Shown here one piece after another: positions 41,872 to 54,700 of a stretch of 64,000 bases of DNA; the stretch's first letter is position 1; each line of letters opens with the position of its first letter. The DNA is taken from NCBI GenBank assembly GCA_040954595.2, contig CM082581.2:9465878-9529877 (forward strand), in the 5' to 3' direction. The stretch is from Balanoglossus misakiensis (lineage: Eukaryota; Animalia; Hemichordata). Position numbers and translations under genes: made by a program. The notes beneath the pieces were generated by a model that did not search any database, had not been told where the DNA came from, and worked only from the letters and a program-made list of their open reading frames with translations.

Positions 41872-44800
41872 GAGCTATAACCCATGCTTTTTTCTAAAAA
41901 ATGAAGAAATTTTGATATTTCGGAAAGTCGAATAATTGTCATTTTTGGATGATTTTCATGAGCTATAACCCATGCTTTTTTCAAAAATATTAAGAAATTT
42001 TGATATTTCGGAAAGTCGAAAAATTGTCATTTTTGGATGATTTTCATGAGCTATAACCCATGCTTTTTTCAAAAATATGAAGAAATTTTGATATTTCGGA
42101 AAGTCGAAAACTTGTCATTTTTGGATGATTTTCATGAGCTATAACCCATGCTTTTTTCAAAAAAATGAAGAAATTTTGATATTTCGGAAAGTCGAAAAAT
42201 TGTCATTTTTGGATGATTTTCATGAGCTATAACCCATGCTTTTTTCAAAAAAATGAAGAAATTTTGATATTTCGGAAAGTCGAAAAATTGTCATTTTTGG
42301 ATGATTTTCATGAGCTATAACCCATGCTTTTTTCGAAAATATGAAGAAATTTTGATATTTCGGAAAGTCGAAAAATTGTCATTTTTGGATGATTTTCATG
42401 AGCTATAACCCATGCTTTCTTCAAAAAAATGAAGAAATTTTGATATTTCGGAAAGTCGAAAAATTGTCATTTTTGGATGATTTTCATGAGCTATAACCCA
42501 TGCTTTTTTCAAAAAAATGAAGAAATTTTGATATTTCGGAAAGTCGAAAAATTGTCATTTTTGGATGATTTTCATGAGCTATAACCCATGCTTTTTTCAA
42601 AAAAATGAAGAAATTTTGATATTTCGGAAAGTCGAAAAATTGTCATTTTTGGATGATTTTCATGAGCTATAACCCATGCTTTTTTCAAAAAAATGAAGAA
42701 ATTTTGATATTTCGGAAAGTCGAAAAATTGTCAGTTTTGGATGATTTTCATGAGCTATAACCCATGCTTTTTTCAAAAAAATGAAGAAATTTTGATAATT
42801 CGGAAAGTCGAAAAATTGTCAGTTTTGGATGATTTTCATGAGCTATAACCCATGCCTTTTTCAAAAAATTGAAGAAATTTTGATAATTCGGAAAGTCGAA
42901 AAATTGTCAGTTTTGGATGATTTTCATGAGCTATAACCCATGCTTTTTTCAAAAAAATGAAGAAATTTTGATATTTCGGAAAGTCGAAAAATTGTCATTT
43001 TTGGATGATTTTCATGAGCTATAACCCATGCTTTTTTCAAAAAAATGAAGAAATTTTGATATTTCGGAAAGTCGAAAAATTGTCATTTTTGGATGATTTT
43101 CATGAGCTATAACCCATGCTTTTTTCAAAAAAATGAAGAAATTTTGATATTTCGGAAAGTCGAAAAATTGTCATTTTTGGATGATTTTCATGAGCTATAA
43201 CCCATGCTTTTTTCAAAAAAATGAAGAAATTTTGATATTTCGGAAAGTCGAAAAATTGTCATTTTTGGATGATTTTCATGAGCTATAACCCATGCTTTTT
43301 TCAAAAAAATGAAGAAATTTTGATATTTCGGAAAGTCGAAAAATTGTCATTTTTGGATGATTTTCATGAGCTATAACCCATGCTTTTTTCAAAAAAATGA
43401 AGAAATTTTGATATTTCGGAAAGTCGAAAAATTGTCATTTTTGGATGATTTTCATGAGCTATAACCCATGCTTTTTTCAAAAAAATGAAGAAATTTTGAT
43501 ATTTCGGAAAGTCGAAAAATTGTCATTTTTGGATGATTTTCATGAGCTATAACCCATGCTTTTTTCAAAAAAATGAAGAAATTTTGATATTTCGGAAAGT
43601 CGAAAAATTGTCATTTTTGGATGATTTTCATGAGCTATAACCCATGCTTTTTTCAAAAAAATGAAGAAATTTTGATATTTCGGAAAGTCGAAAAATTGTC
43701 ATTTTTGGATGATTTTCATGAGCTATAACCCATGCTTTTTTCAAAAAAATGAAGAAATTTTGATATTTCGGAAAGTCGAAAAATTGTCATTTTTGGATGA
43801 TTTTCATGAGCTATAACCCATGCTTTTTTCAAAAAAATGAAGAAATTTTGATATTTCGGAAAGTCGAAAAATTGTCATTTTTGGATGATTTTCATGAGCT
43901 ATAACCCATGCTTTTTTCAAAAAAATGAAGAAATTTTGATAATTCGGAAAGTCGAAAAATTGTCATTTTTGGATGATTTTCATGAGCTATAACCCATGCC
44001 TTTTTCAAAAAAATGAAGAAATTTTGATAATTCGGAAAGTCGAAAAATTGTCAGTTTTGGATGATTTTCATGAGCTATAACCCATGCTTTTTTCAAAAAA
44101 ATGAAGAAATTTTGATATTTCGGAAAGTCGAAAAATTGTCATTTTTGGATGATTTTCATGAGCTATAACCCATGCTTTTTTCAAAAAAATGAAGAAATTT
44201 TGATATTTCGGAAAGTCGAAAAATTGTCATTTTTGGATGATTTTCATGAGCTATAACCCATGCTTTTTTCAAAAATATGAAGAAATTTTGATATTTCGGA
44301 AAGTCGAAAAATTGTCATTTTTGGATGATTTTCATGAGCTATAACCCATGCTTTTTTCAAAAAAATGAAGAAATTTTGATAATTCGGAAAGTCGAAAAAT
44401 TGTCATTTTTGGATGATTTTCATGAGCTATAACCCATGCTTTTTTCAAAAAAATGAAGAAATTTTGATATTTCGGAAAGTCGAAAAATTGTCATTTTTGG
44501 ATGATTTTCATGAGCTATAACCCATGCTTTTTTCAAAAAAATGAAGAAATTTTGATATTTCGGAAAGTCGAAAAATTGTCATTTTTGGATGATTTTCATG
44601 AGCTATAACCCATGCTTTTTTCAAAAAAATGAAGAAATTTTGATATTTCGGAAAGTTGAAAAATTGTCATTTTTGGATGATTTTCATGAGCTATAACCCA
44701 TGCTTTTTTCAAAAAAATGAAGAAATTTTGATATTTCGGAAAGTCGAAAAATTGTCATTTTTGGATGATTTTCATGAGCTATAACCCATGCTTTTTTCAA

Positions 44801-47800
44801 AAATATGAAGAAATTTTGATATTTCGGAAAGTCGAAAAATTGTCATTTTTGGATGATTTTCATGAGCTATAACCCATGCTTTTTTCAAAAATATGAAGAA
44901 ATTTTGATATTTCGGAAAGTCGAAAAATTGTCATTTTTGGATGATTTTCATGAGCTATAACCCATGCTTTTTTCAAAAATATGAAGAAATTTTGATATTT
45001 CGGAAAGTCGAAAAATTGTCATTTTTGGATGATTTTCATGAGCTATAACCCATGCTTTTTTCAAAAAAATGAAGAAATTTTGATATTTCGGAAAGTCGAA
45101 AAATTGTCATTTTTGGATGATTTTCATGAGCTATAACCCATGCTTTTTTCAAAAAAATGAAGAAATTTTGATATTTCGGAAAGTCGAAAAATTGTCATTT
45201 TTGGATGATTTTCATGAGCTATAACCCATGCTTTTTTCAAAAAAATGAAGAAATTTTGATATTTCGGAAAGTCGAAAAATTGTCATTTTTGGATGATTTT
45301 CATGAGCTATAACCCATGCTTTTTTCAAAAAAATGAAGAAATTTTGATATTTCGGAAAGTTGAAAAATTGTCATTTTTGGATGATTTTCATGAGCTATAA
45401 CCCATGCTTTCTTCAAAAAAATGAAGAAATTTTGATATTTCGGAAAGTCGAAAAATTGTCATTTTTGGATGATTTTCATGAGCTATAACCCATGCTTTTT
45501 TCAAAAAAATGAAGAAATTTTGATATTTCGGAAAGCTGAAAAATTGTCATTTTTGGATGATTTTCATGAGCTATAACCCATGCTTTTTTCAAAAAAATGA
45601 AGAAATTTTGATATTTCGGAAAGTCGAAAAATTGTCATTTTTGGATGATTTTCATGAGCTATAACCCATGCTTTTTTCAAAAAAATGAAGAAATTTTGAT
45701 ATTTCGGAAAGTCGAAAAATTGTCATTTTTGGATGATTTTCATGAGCTATAACCCATGCTTTTTTCAAAAAAATGAAGAAATTTTGATATTTCGGAAAGT
45801 CGAAAAATTGTCATTTTTGGATGATTTTCATGAGCTATAACCCATGCTTTTTTCAAAAAAATGAAGAAATTTTGATATTTCGGAAAGTCGAAAAATTGTC
45901 ATTTTTGGATGATTTTCATGAGCTATAACCCATGCTTTTTTCAAAAAAATGAAGAAATTTTGATAATTCGGAAAGTCGAAAAATTGTCATTTTTGGATGA
46001 TTTTCATGAGCTATAACCCATGCCTTTTTCAAAAAAATGAAGAAATTTTGATAATTCGGAAAGTCGAAAAATTGTCAGTTTTGGATGATTTTCATGAGCT
46101 ATAACCCATGCTTTTTTCAAAAAAATGAAGAAATTTTGATATTTCGGAAAGTCGAAAAATTGTCATTTTTGGATGATTTTCATGAGCTATAACCCATGCT
46201 TTTTTCAAAAAAATGAAGAAATTTTGATATTTCGGAAAGTCGAAAAATTGTCATTTTTGGATGATTTTCATGAGCTATAACCCATGCTTTTTTCAAAAAT
46301 ATGAAGAAATTTTGATATTTCGGAAAGTCGAAAAATTGTCATTTTTGGATGATTTTCATGAGCTATAACCCATGCTTTTTTCAAAAAAATGAAGAAATTT
46401 TGATAATTCGGAAAGTCGAAAAATTGTCATTTTTGGATGATTTTCATGAGCTATAACCCATGCTTTTTTCAAAAAAATGAAGAAATTTTGATATTTCGGA
46501 AAGTCGAAAAATTGTCATTTTTGGATGATTTTCATGAGCTATAACCCATGCTTTTTTCAAAAAAATGAAGAAATTTTGATATTTCGGAAAGTCGAAAAAT
46601 TGTCATTTTTGGATGATTTTCATGAGCTATAACCCATGCTTTTTTCAAAAAAATGAAGAAATTTTGATATTTCGGAAAGTTGAAAAATTGTCATTTTTGG
46701 ATGATTTTCATGAGCTATAACCCATGCTTTTTTCAAAAAAATGAAGAAATTTTGATATTTCGGAAAGTCGAAAAATTGTCATTTTTGGATGATTTTCATG
46801 AGCTATAACCCATGCTTTTTTCAAAAATATGAAGAAATTTTGATATTTCGGAAAGTCGAAAAATTGTCATTTTTGGATGATTTTCATGAGCTATAACCCA
46901 TGCTTTTTTCAAAAATATGAAGAAATTTTGATATTTCGGAAAGTCGAAAAATTGTCATTTTTGGATGATTTTCATGAGCTATAACCCATGCTTTTTTCAA
47001 AAATATGAAGAAATTTTGATATTTCGGAAAGTCGAAAAATTGTCATTTTTGGATGATTTTCATGAGCTATAACCCATGCTTTTTTCAAAAAAATGAAGAA
47101 ATTTTGATATTTCGGAAAGTCGAAAAATTGTCATTTTTGGATGATTTTCATGAGCTATAACCCATGCTTTTTTCAAAAAAATGAAGAAATTTTGATATTT
47201 CGGAAAGTCGAAAAATTGTCATTTTTGGATGATTTTCATGAGCTATAACCCATGCTTTTTTCAAAAAAATGAAGAAATTTTGATATTTCGGAAAGTCGAA
47301 AAATTGTCATTTTTGGATGATTTTCATGAGCTATAACCCATGCTTTTTTCAAAAAAATGAAGAAATTTTGATATTTCGGAAAGTTGAAAAATTGTCATTT
47401 TTGGATGATTTTCATGAGCTATAACCCATGCTTTCTTCAAAAAAATGAAGAAATTTTGATATTTCGGAAAGTCGAAAAATTGTCATTTTTGGATGATTTT
47501 CATGAGCTATAACCCATGCTTTTTTCAAAAAAATGAAGAAATTTTGATAATTCGGAAAGTCGAAAAATTGTCATTTTTGGATGATTTTCATGAGCTATAA
47601 CCCATGCCTTTTTCAAAAAAATGAAGAAATTTTGATAATTCGGAAAGTCGAAAAATTGTCAGTTTTGGATGATTTTCATGAACTATAACCCATGCTTTTT
47701 TCAAAAAAATGAAGAAATTTTGATATTTCGGAAAGTCGAAAAATTGTCATTTTTGGATGATTTTCATGAGCTATAACCCATGCTTTTTTCAAAAAAATGA

Positions 47801-50800
47801 AGAAATTTTGATATTTCGGAAAGTCGAAAAATTGTCATTTTTGGATGATTTTCATGAGCTATAACCCATGCTTTTTTCAAAAATATGAAGAAATTTTGAT
47901 ATTTCGGAAAGTCGAAAAATTGTCATTTTTGGATGATTTTCATGAGCTATAACCCATGCTTTTTTCAAAAAAATGAAGAAATTTTGATATTTCGGAAAGT
48001 CGAAAAATTGTCATTTTTGGATGATTTTCATGAGCTATAACCCATGCTTTTTTCAAAAAAATGAAGAAATTTTGATATTTCGGAAAGTCGAAAAATTGTC
48101 ATTTTTGGATGATTTTCATGAGCTATAACCCATGCTTTTTTCAAAAAAATGAAGAAATTTTGATATTTCGGAAAGTCGAAAAATTGTCATTTTTGGATGA
48201 TTTTCATGAGCTATAACCCATGCTTTTTTCAAAAATATGAAGAAATTTTGATATTTCGGAAAGTCGAAAAATTGTCATTTTTGGATGATTTTCATGAGCT
48301 ATAACCCATGCTTTTTTCAAAAAAATGAAGAAATTTTGATAATTAGGAAAGTCGAAAAATTGTCATTTTTGGATGATTTTCATGAGCTATAACCCATGCC
48401 TTTTTCAAAAAAATGAAGAAATTTTGATAATTAGGAAAGTCGAAAAATTGTCATTTTTGGATGATTTTCATGAGCTATAACCCATGCCTTTTTCAAAAAA
48501 ATGAAGAAATTTTGATAATTCGGAAAGTCGAAAAATTGTCATTTTTGGATGATTTTCATGAGCTATAACCCATGCCTTTTTCAAAAAAATGAAGAAATTT
48601 TGATAATTCGGAAAGTCGAAAAATTGTCATTTTTGGATGATTTTCATGAGCTATAACCCATGCCTTTTTCAAAAAAATGAAGAAATTTTGATAATTCGGA
48701 AAGTCGAAAAATTGTCATTTTTGGATGATTTTCATGAGCTATAACCCATGCTTTTTTCAAAAAAATGAAGAAATTTTGATATTTCGGAAAGTCGAAAAAT
48801 TGTCATTTTTGGATGATTTTCATGAGCTATAACCCATGTTTTTTTCAAAAAAATGAAGAAATTTTGATATTTCGGAAAGTCGAAAAATTGTCATTTTTGG
48901 ATGATTTTCATGAGCTATAACCCATGCTTTTTTCAAAAAAATGAAGAAATTTTGATATTTCGGAAAGTCGAAAAATTGTCATTTTTGGATGATTTTCATG
49001 AGCTATAACCCATGCTTTTTTCAAAAAAATGAAGAAATTTTGATATTTCGGAAAGTCGGAACATTGTCATTTTTGGATGATTTTCATGAGCTATAACCCA
49101 TGCTTTTTTCAAAAAAATGAAGAAATTTTGATATTTCGGAAAGTCGAAACATTGTCATTTTTGGATGATTTTCATGAGCTATAACCCATGCTTTTTTCAA
49201 AAAAATGAAGAAATTTTGATATTTCGGAAAGTCGAAACATTGTCATTTTTGGATAATTTTCATGAGCTATAACCCATGCTTTTTTCAAAAAAATGAAGAA
49301 ATTTTGATATTTCGGAAAGTCGAAAAATTGTCATTTTTGGATGATTTTCATGAGCTATAACCCATGCTATTTTCAAAAAAATGAAGAAATTTTGATAATT
49401 CGGAAAGTCGAAAAATTGTCATTTTTGGATGATTTTCATGAGCTATAACCCATGCCTTTTTCAAAAAAATGAAGAAATTTTGATATTTCGGAAAGTCGAA
49501 AAATTGTCATTTTTGGATAATTTTCATGAGCTATAACCCATGCTTTCTTCAAAAAAATTAAGAAATTTTGATATTTCAGAAAGTCGAAAAATTGTCATTT
49601 TTGGATGATTTTCATGAGCTATAACCCATGCTTTCTTCAAAAAAATGAAGAAATTTTGATATTTCGGAAATTCGAAAAATTGTCATTTTTGGATGATTTT
49701 CATGAGCTATAACCCATGCTTTCTTCAAAAAAATGAAGAAATTTTGATATTTCGGAAATTCGAAAAATTGTCATTTTTGGATGATTTTCATGAGCTATAA
49801 CCCATGCTTTCTTCAAAAAAATGAAGAAATTTTGATATTTCGGAAAGTCGAAAAATTGTCATTTTTGGATGATTTTCATGAGCTATAACCCATGCTTTCT
49901 TCAAAAAAATGAAGAAATTTTGATATTTCGGAAAGTCGAAAAATTGTCATTTTTGGATGATTTTCATGAGCTATAACCCATGCTTTCTTCAAAAAAATGA
50001 AGAATTTTTGATATTTCGGAAAGTCGAAAAATTGTCATTTTTGGATGATTTTCATGAGCTATAACCCATGCTTTCTTCAAAAAAATGAAGAAATTTTGAT
50101 ATTTCGGAAAGTCGAAAAATTGTCAGTTTTGGATGATTTTCATGAGCTATAACCCATGCTTTTTTAAAAAAATGAAGAAATTTTGATATTTCGGAAAGTC
50201 GAAAAATTGTTATTTTTGGATGATTTTCATGAGCTATAACCCATGCTTTTTTAAAAAAAATGAAGAAATTTTGATATTTCAGAAAGTCGAAAAATTGTCA
50301 TTTTTGGATGATTTTCATGAGCTATAACCCATGCTTTCTTCAAAAAAATGAAGAATTTTTGACATTTCGGAAAGTCGAAAAATTGTCATTTTTGGATGAT
50401 TTTCATGAGCTATAACCCATGCTTTCTTCAAAAAAATGAAGAAATTTTGATATTTCGGAAAGTCGAAAAATTGTCAGTTTTGGATGATTTTCATGAGCTA
50501 TAACCCATGCTTTTTTAAAAAAATGAAGAAATTTTGATATTTCGGAAAGTCGAAAAATTGTTATTTTTGGATGATTTTCATGAGCTATAACCCATGCTTT
50601 TTTAAAAAAAATGAAGAAATTTTGATATTTCAGAAAGTCGAAAAATTGTCATTTTTGGATGATTTTCATGAGCTATAACCCATGCTTTCTTCAAAAAAAT
50701 GAAGAATTTTTGACATTTCGGAAAGTCGAAAAATTGTCATTTTTGGATGATTTTCATGAGCTATAACCCATGCTTTCTTCAAAAAAATGAAGAAATTTTG

Positions 50801-51298
50801 ATATTTCGGAAAGTCGAAAAATTGTCAGTTTTGGATGATTTTCATGAGCTATAACCCATGCTTTTTTTAAAAAATGAAGAAATTTTGATATTTCGGAAAG
50901 TCGAAAAATTGTTATTTTTGGATGATTTTCATGAGCTATAACCCATGCTTTTTTAAAAAAAATGAAGAAATTTTGATATTTTGGAAAGTCGAAAAATTGT
51001 CATTTTTGGATGATTTTCATGAGCTATAACCCATGCATTTTTCAAAAAAATGAAGAAATTTTGATATTTCGGAAAGTCGAAAAATTGTCATTTTTGGATG
51101 ATTTTCATGAGCTATAACCCATGTTTTTTTCAAAAAAATGAAGAAATTTTGATATTTCGGAAAGTCGAAAAATTGTCATTTTTGGATGATTTTCATGAGC
51201 TATAACCCATGCTTTTTTCAAAAAAATGAAGAAATTTTGATATTTCGGAAAGTCGAAAAATTGTCATTTTTGGATGATTTTCATGAGCTATAACCCAT
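41872..51298 (-). repeat. Satellite block 3: ~107 main-type units, reverse orientation
   Basis: ggatgattttcatgagctataacccatgc recurs every 88 bp. Confidence 0.95.
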
Positions 51299-51747
51299 AC
51301 AATTTTTCGTCTTTGCGAAATCTCAAAATTTGGTCGATTTTCGAAAAAAAGCATGGGTTATAGCTCATGAAAATCATCAAAAAAAATGACAATTTTTCGA
51401 CTTTGCGAAATCTCAAAATTTGGTCGATTTTCGAAAAAAAGCATGGGTTATAGCTCATGAAAATCATCAAAAAATGACAATTTTTCGACTTTGCGAAATC
51501 TTAAATTTTCGTCGATTTTTGAAAAAAAGCATGGGTTATAGCTCATGAAAATCATCAAAAAATGTCAAATTTCGACTTTGCGAAATGTCAAAATTTGGTC
51601 GATTTTTGAAAAAAGCATGGGTTATAGCTCATGAAAATCAGCAAAAAAATGACAATTTTTGGACTTTGCGAAATTTGAAAGTTTCGTCGATTTTTGAAAA
51701 AAATCATGGGTTATTGCTCATGAAAATCATCAAAAAATGACAATTTT
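51299..51747 (+). repeat. Satellite block 4: ~5 variant-subfamily units, forward orientation, decaying outward
   Basis: ctttgcgaaatctcaaaatttggtcgatttt is the reverse complement of the block-1 variant. Confidence 0.9.
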
Positions 51748-54700
51748 ATTATTAAGTCATTTTGGAGCATAGCATGATTTGGTTGACTTTCTCTTTGGAC
51801 GAAATGGACGCAACAATTGGAGCGATTACACCTATTGGTTTGATGGAGACGGCTATATTGTAGTTGCAACAACATATTTTATTCTATAGCTGTACGTGTA
51901 CACGTCAACATTTGATAACCACTTGATACTCCACCTTGGTGAACGAGGTTCTTGGAATATGAAATCATTAAAAACTGAAAAGGGTTAACACGTGGGCATA
52001 ATCGAGTATCCCTTGTACAATCAAGCCTGCTTTTGGTAGCACTCACGTTGGAATGTTGGAATAGCAATCAGAATGGCTGAGTAGCCAGGTTGAACGTCAA
52101 GGGCGCTTGCAGATGGCATGTTTGTCTGCAACTTGAACAGGGGCTGATTTGTATGCAGTTGTTGGCTGAGACCGTGAATCGTTTAACAGTCCCGGCGGCT
52201 GACTTTAATTGCCTGATAATATAGAGAGGCCTGATGCGCACAACTGCTGTCGGACATTTTGTAAATATGTCGTTAATACTCCTTATCTGAACACAGCGGT
52301 GTGGCGACACGCTATCCCGGGTATTGAGTTGTGGAATCGAACACCCCGGGGAATGCTGCAATGTCAAGGGTGTGTATAAATCAACCCCGTTCGAAACGTT
52401 GAATGGGGAACATACTAGTACGTGGTATTCTGCTTTCGATAGGGGGTAGAGTGAGCGTACACGATATACAGTAGATACTTGGCCAACCACTGAGCAACTT
52501 ATTCGATAATTATGTTTAATAACTGTGTAGTTTCTTTTCGGAACAAAATAAATGAAAGTCTTGCAAGGAAGAAATTGACGTTGGGAGATGTTTCCAATAC
52601 TGAAAAGTGTATATACAAGACTTAGTAGACAAGTATAACTTTTTTGTACGAAATAGACCGGAACCGAAACGCACCCCTTTCCAGTCTCACGGGGCAATTT
52701 TTATTAAAGCAAAACGTTGCAAGAATGACCATTAAACGAAGGACATAGTTTTGAGTTTGGAAATTCCTTTGAAGAATGCCGTTGTATTAACGTTCGAGGG
52801 TGGGCGATTCAGTCAGTCCCAGGGCTGTGATAAGGGAGAACTCCGCATCAAGGACCGTGGGGATCGGCGAGATCTGTTGCCGAGGATGAGGCTGCGAAAT
52901 AAAGGAGATGTCAATAGTCGGTGTAAGTCGCGAGGCATTTCTCAGACACAGACAGTGGGATGCGAGTGGAACTGCCCGTTCCCTCGTGGAATCGGTAGAT
53001 ATGGAATTCACGTGAGGTTGATAGTGCCGCAGTGTGTGACCGTTGTCTGTAATCAAGACTCCCAGACCAGAGGATCAATGCGAACCACAGGAAACACGTG
53101 CTCCTAGTCACGCTTTGAAGGCGCGCTGCGGTTTACAATGTAGGCATTAGGCAAATGGGTTTCTGATGTACAATGTTTGTGAAACAAGACCACCGCTGCA
53201 GTAAAACATTTGAAGTATTGATAATATAAAGATTTAAACATCGAACAGTCAAAGGTTCAGATTACGACCTGTATATCGTTGATGACACGCGCTTAGTATC
53301 TTACACCTACTTGTCACGAAAAATACTGTTTGAAAGAAACTGAACCAAAAGGCCAGTTCAAAAATTAAAGCCATGTTTTTTTCTTGGTTTCACATGTTCA
53401 CAGGTGCTAGTGGCACTTACGATCGCCTCTGCATAGATATTGTTACCGAGATTTGAAGCTTCGTAAATCGACGTCACTTATTTCACGACCATTTTATGCT
53501 TTGAATAATTGCTTTTGACTGCAGGGCGGCCAAACTGCCACTTTTCACGCACATTTCACTGCAAACAGTGGCGACGGATGTGCAATTAAATTTAAACAAA
53601 TAAATCATCTAAAACTTACAACTAGTATACTCATAATTGCCTGGATTTGGTCGACCCAATCCAACACTAACGATGGAAAGAACGGCAGTTTTAAAGGCAA
53701 CATGGCTTAATGATGAGAATCTAAAACAAATCTCCGAAGATTGGATGGTATTTTGATAAGCAAATTATAAATAGATATATAGCCACAGGAACTTCACATG
53801 TATGGCAACCATACCCACATTTTAAAAAAATAAAATTGTGGTGGAACATACTTTGAGGAAAAAATTGACTGATTTCCTACTCAACGGCATACTGCCAAAA
53901 GACAGGCATCGGTACGTACGACATAAGAAACGAAACAATAATTTACAGTGTAGTCGTATTCATTTAAAAATAAAGCCTCCAACGTACACATCCAGATCTC
54001 AAACTGAGTCCGTTTGGTAATATTTTTCCTTGGCTTGAACTACCCTTTAAATAACAACGAACGTGTCATGGTGAGAAGACGGCCTGACGTTGCAAAAGCA
54101 GCAGTTTTCATGGCGGAGTTCAAACGATCGCAAATGATTCACGCAGATGACGTCTTTACGCTCATACAAGTAGACTACAACGTTAACGTCAAAGGAGATA
54201 AAAAACAATACATTAGCTTGATCCTAATTTACGACGTGGATCAGACATACATTCCAGAAAATATATTCCGGGTGTCACCTGCTCGCTGTTTACGTGACGC
54301 TAATACGTTATTTACGGCTAGCCTTGTGATCTGAAGCGCTGCGAATTACTACCTCACTTCAGAATTACTCAATAAATTCTCTCCAGGACGGCGACGCTGA
54401 AATTCCGTCCCCCTAACACCACTTACTTCAACCACTTATGTAGCAATGTACGGCTATGATTTAGAATATTCTTGATTAGCCGTCATGGAAGCCACTTCTC
54501 ATGCAAGTTCAAAGTTCTCTCGTCACAGTACAATTTGAGTTTCTCTCGGCATACTGCAATGGAATTCGGAATTTTTGTTTTCGTCTGGGTTGTCTCACCA
54601 TGGAAAATAAACGATGTACGTTAATAGCCGCAATACTATTACTCTTGAATACAATTTCGTCTGCGCTCCGCATTGACATAGCAAACAAAATTATCATTGG

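Larger units (their letters stand above)
32722..51747. repeat. 88-bp satellite array, about 216 copies, in four orientation blocks
   Basis: Consensus TTATAGCTCATGAAAATCATCCAAAAATGACAATTTTTCGACTTTCCGAAATATCAAAATTTCTTCATTTTTTTGAAAAAAGCATGGG; units differ by only a few bases. Confidence 0.97.
32505..51880 (+). mobile_element. Non-autonomous Helentron-associated (HINE; DINE-1/pearl-like) element with a massively expanded central tandem array
   Basis: Order of parts: TTTTTT, hairpin AGGTCCTATTGGTA-TG-TACCATGGGACCT (32511-32539), (GTCT)12(GTAT)29, 88-bp tandem array, ~100 bp unique, hairpin ATATTGTAGTTG/CAACAACATAT (51855-51877), TTTT. No coding capacity. The 3' subterminal inverted repeat is poorly recognisable. 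Confidence 0.55.

Noticed and set aside
32722-51747. CRISPR array, or coding repeats such as MIFMSYNPCFFQK
   Set aside because: Units are contiguous with no unique spacers and no cas genes; 88 is not a multiple of 3 and frames close within 2-3 units.
32515-51839. 9-bp direct repeat CCTATTGGT (32515-32523 and 51831-51839) as a Mutator/Foldback target-site duplication
   Set aside because: The left copy lies inside the 5' hairpin and the enclosed ends are not inverted repeats. The HINE plus two-inversion model fits better, though an empty-site allele would decide.
52068-53107. 209-aa and 118-aa ORFs in intron B
   Set aside because: Non-ATG starts, no recognisable motifs, no convincing splice context.
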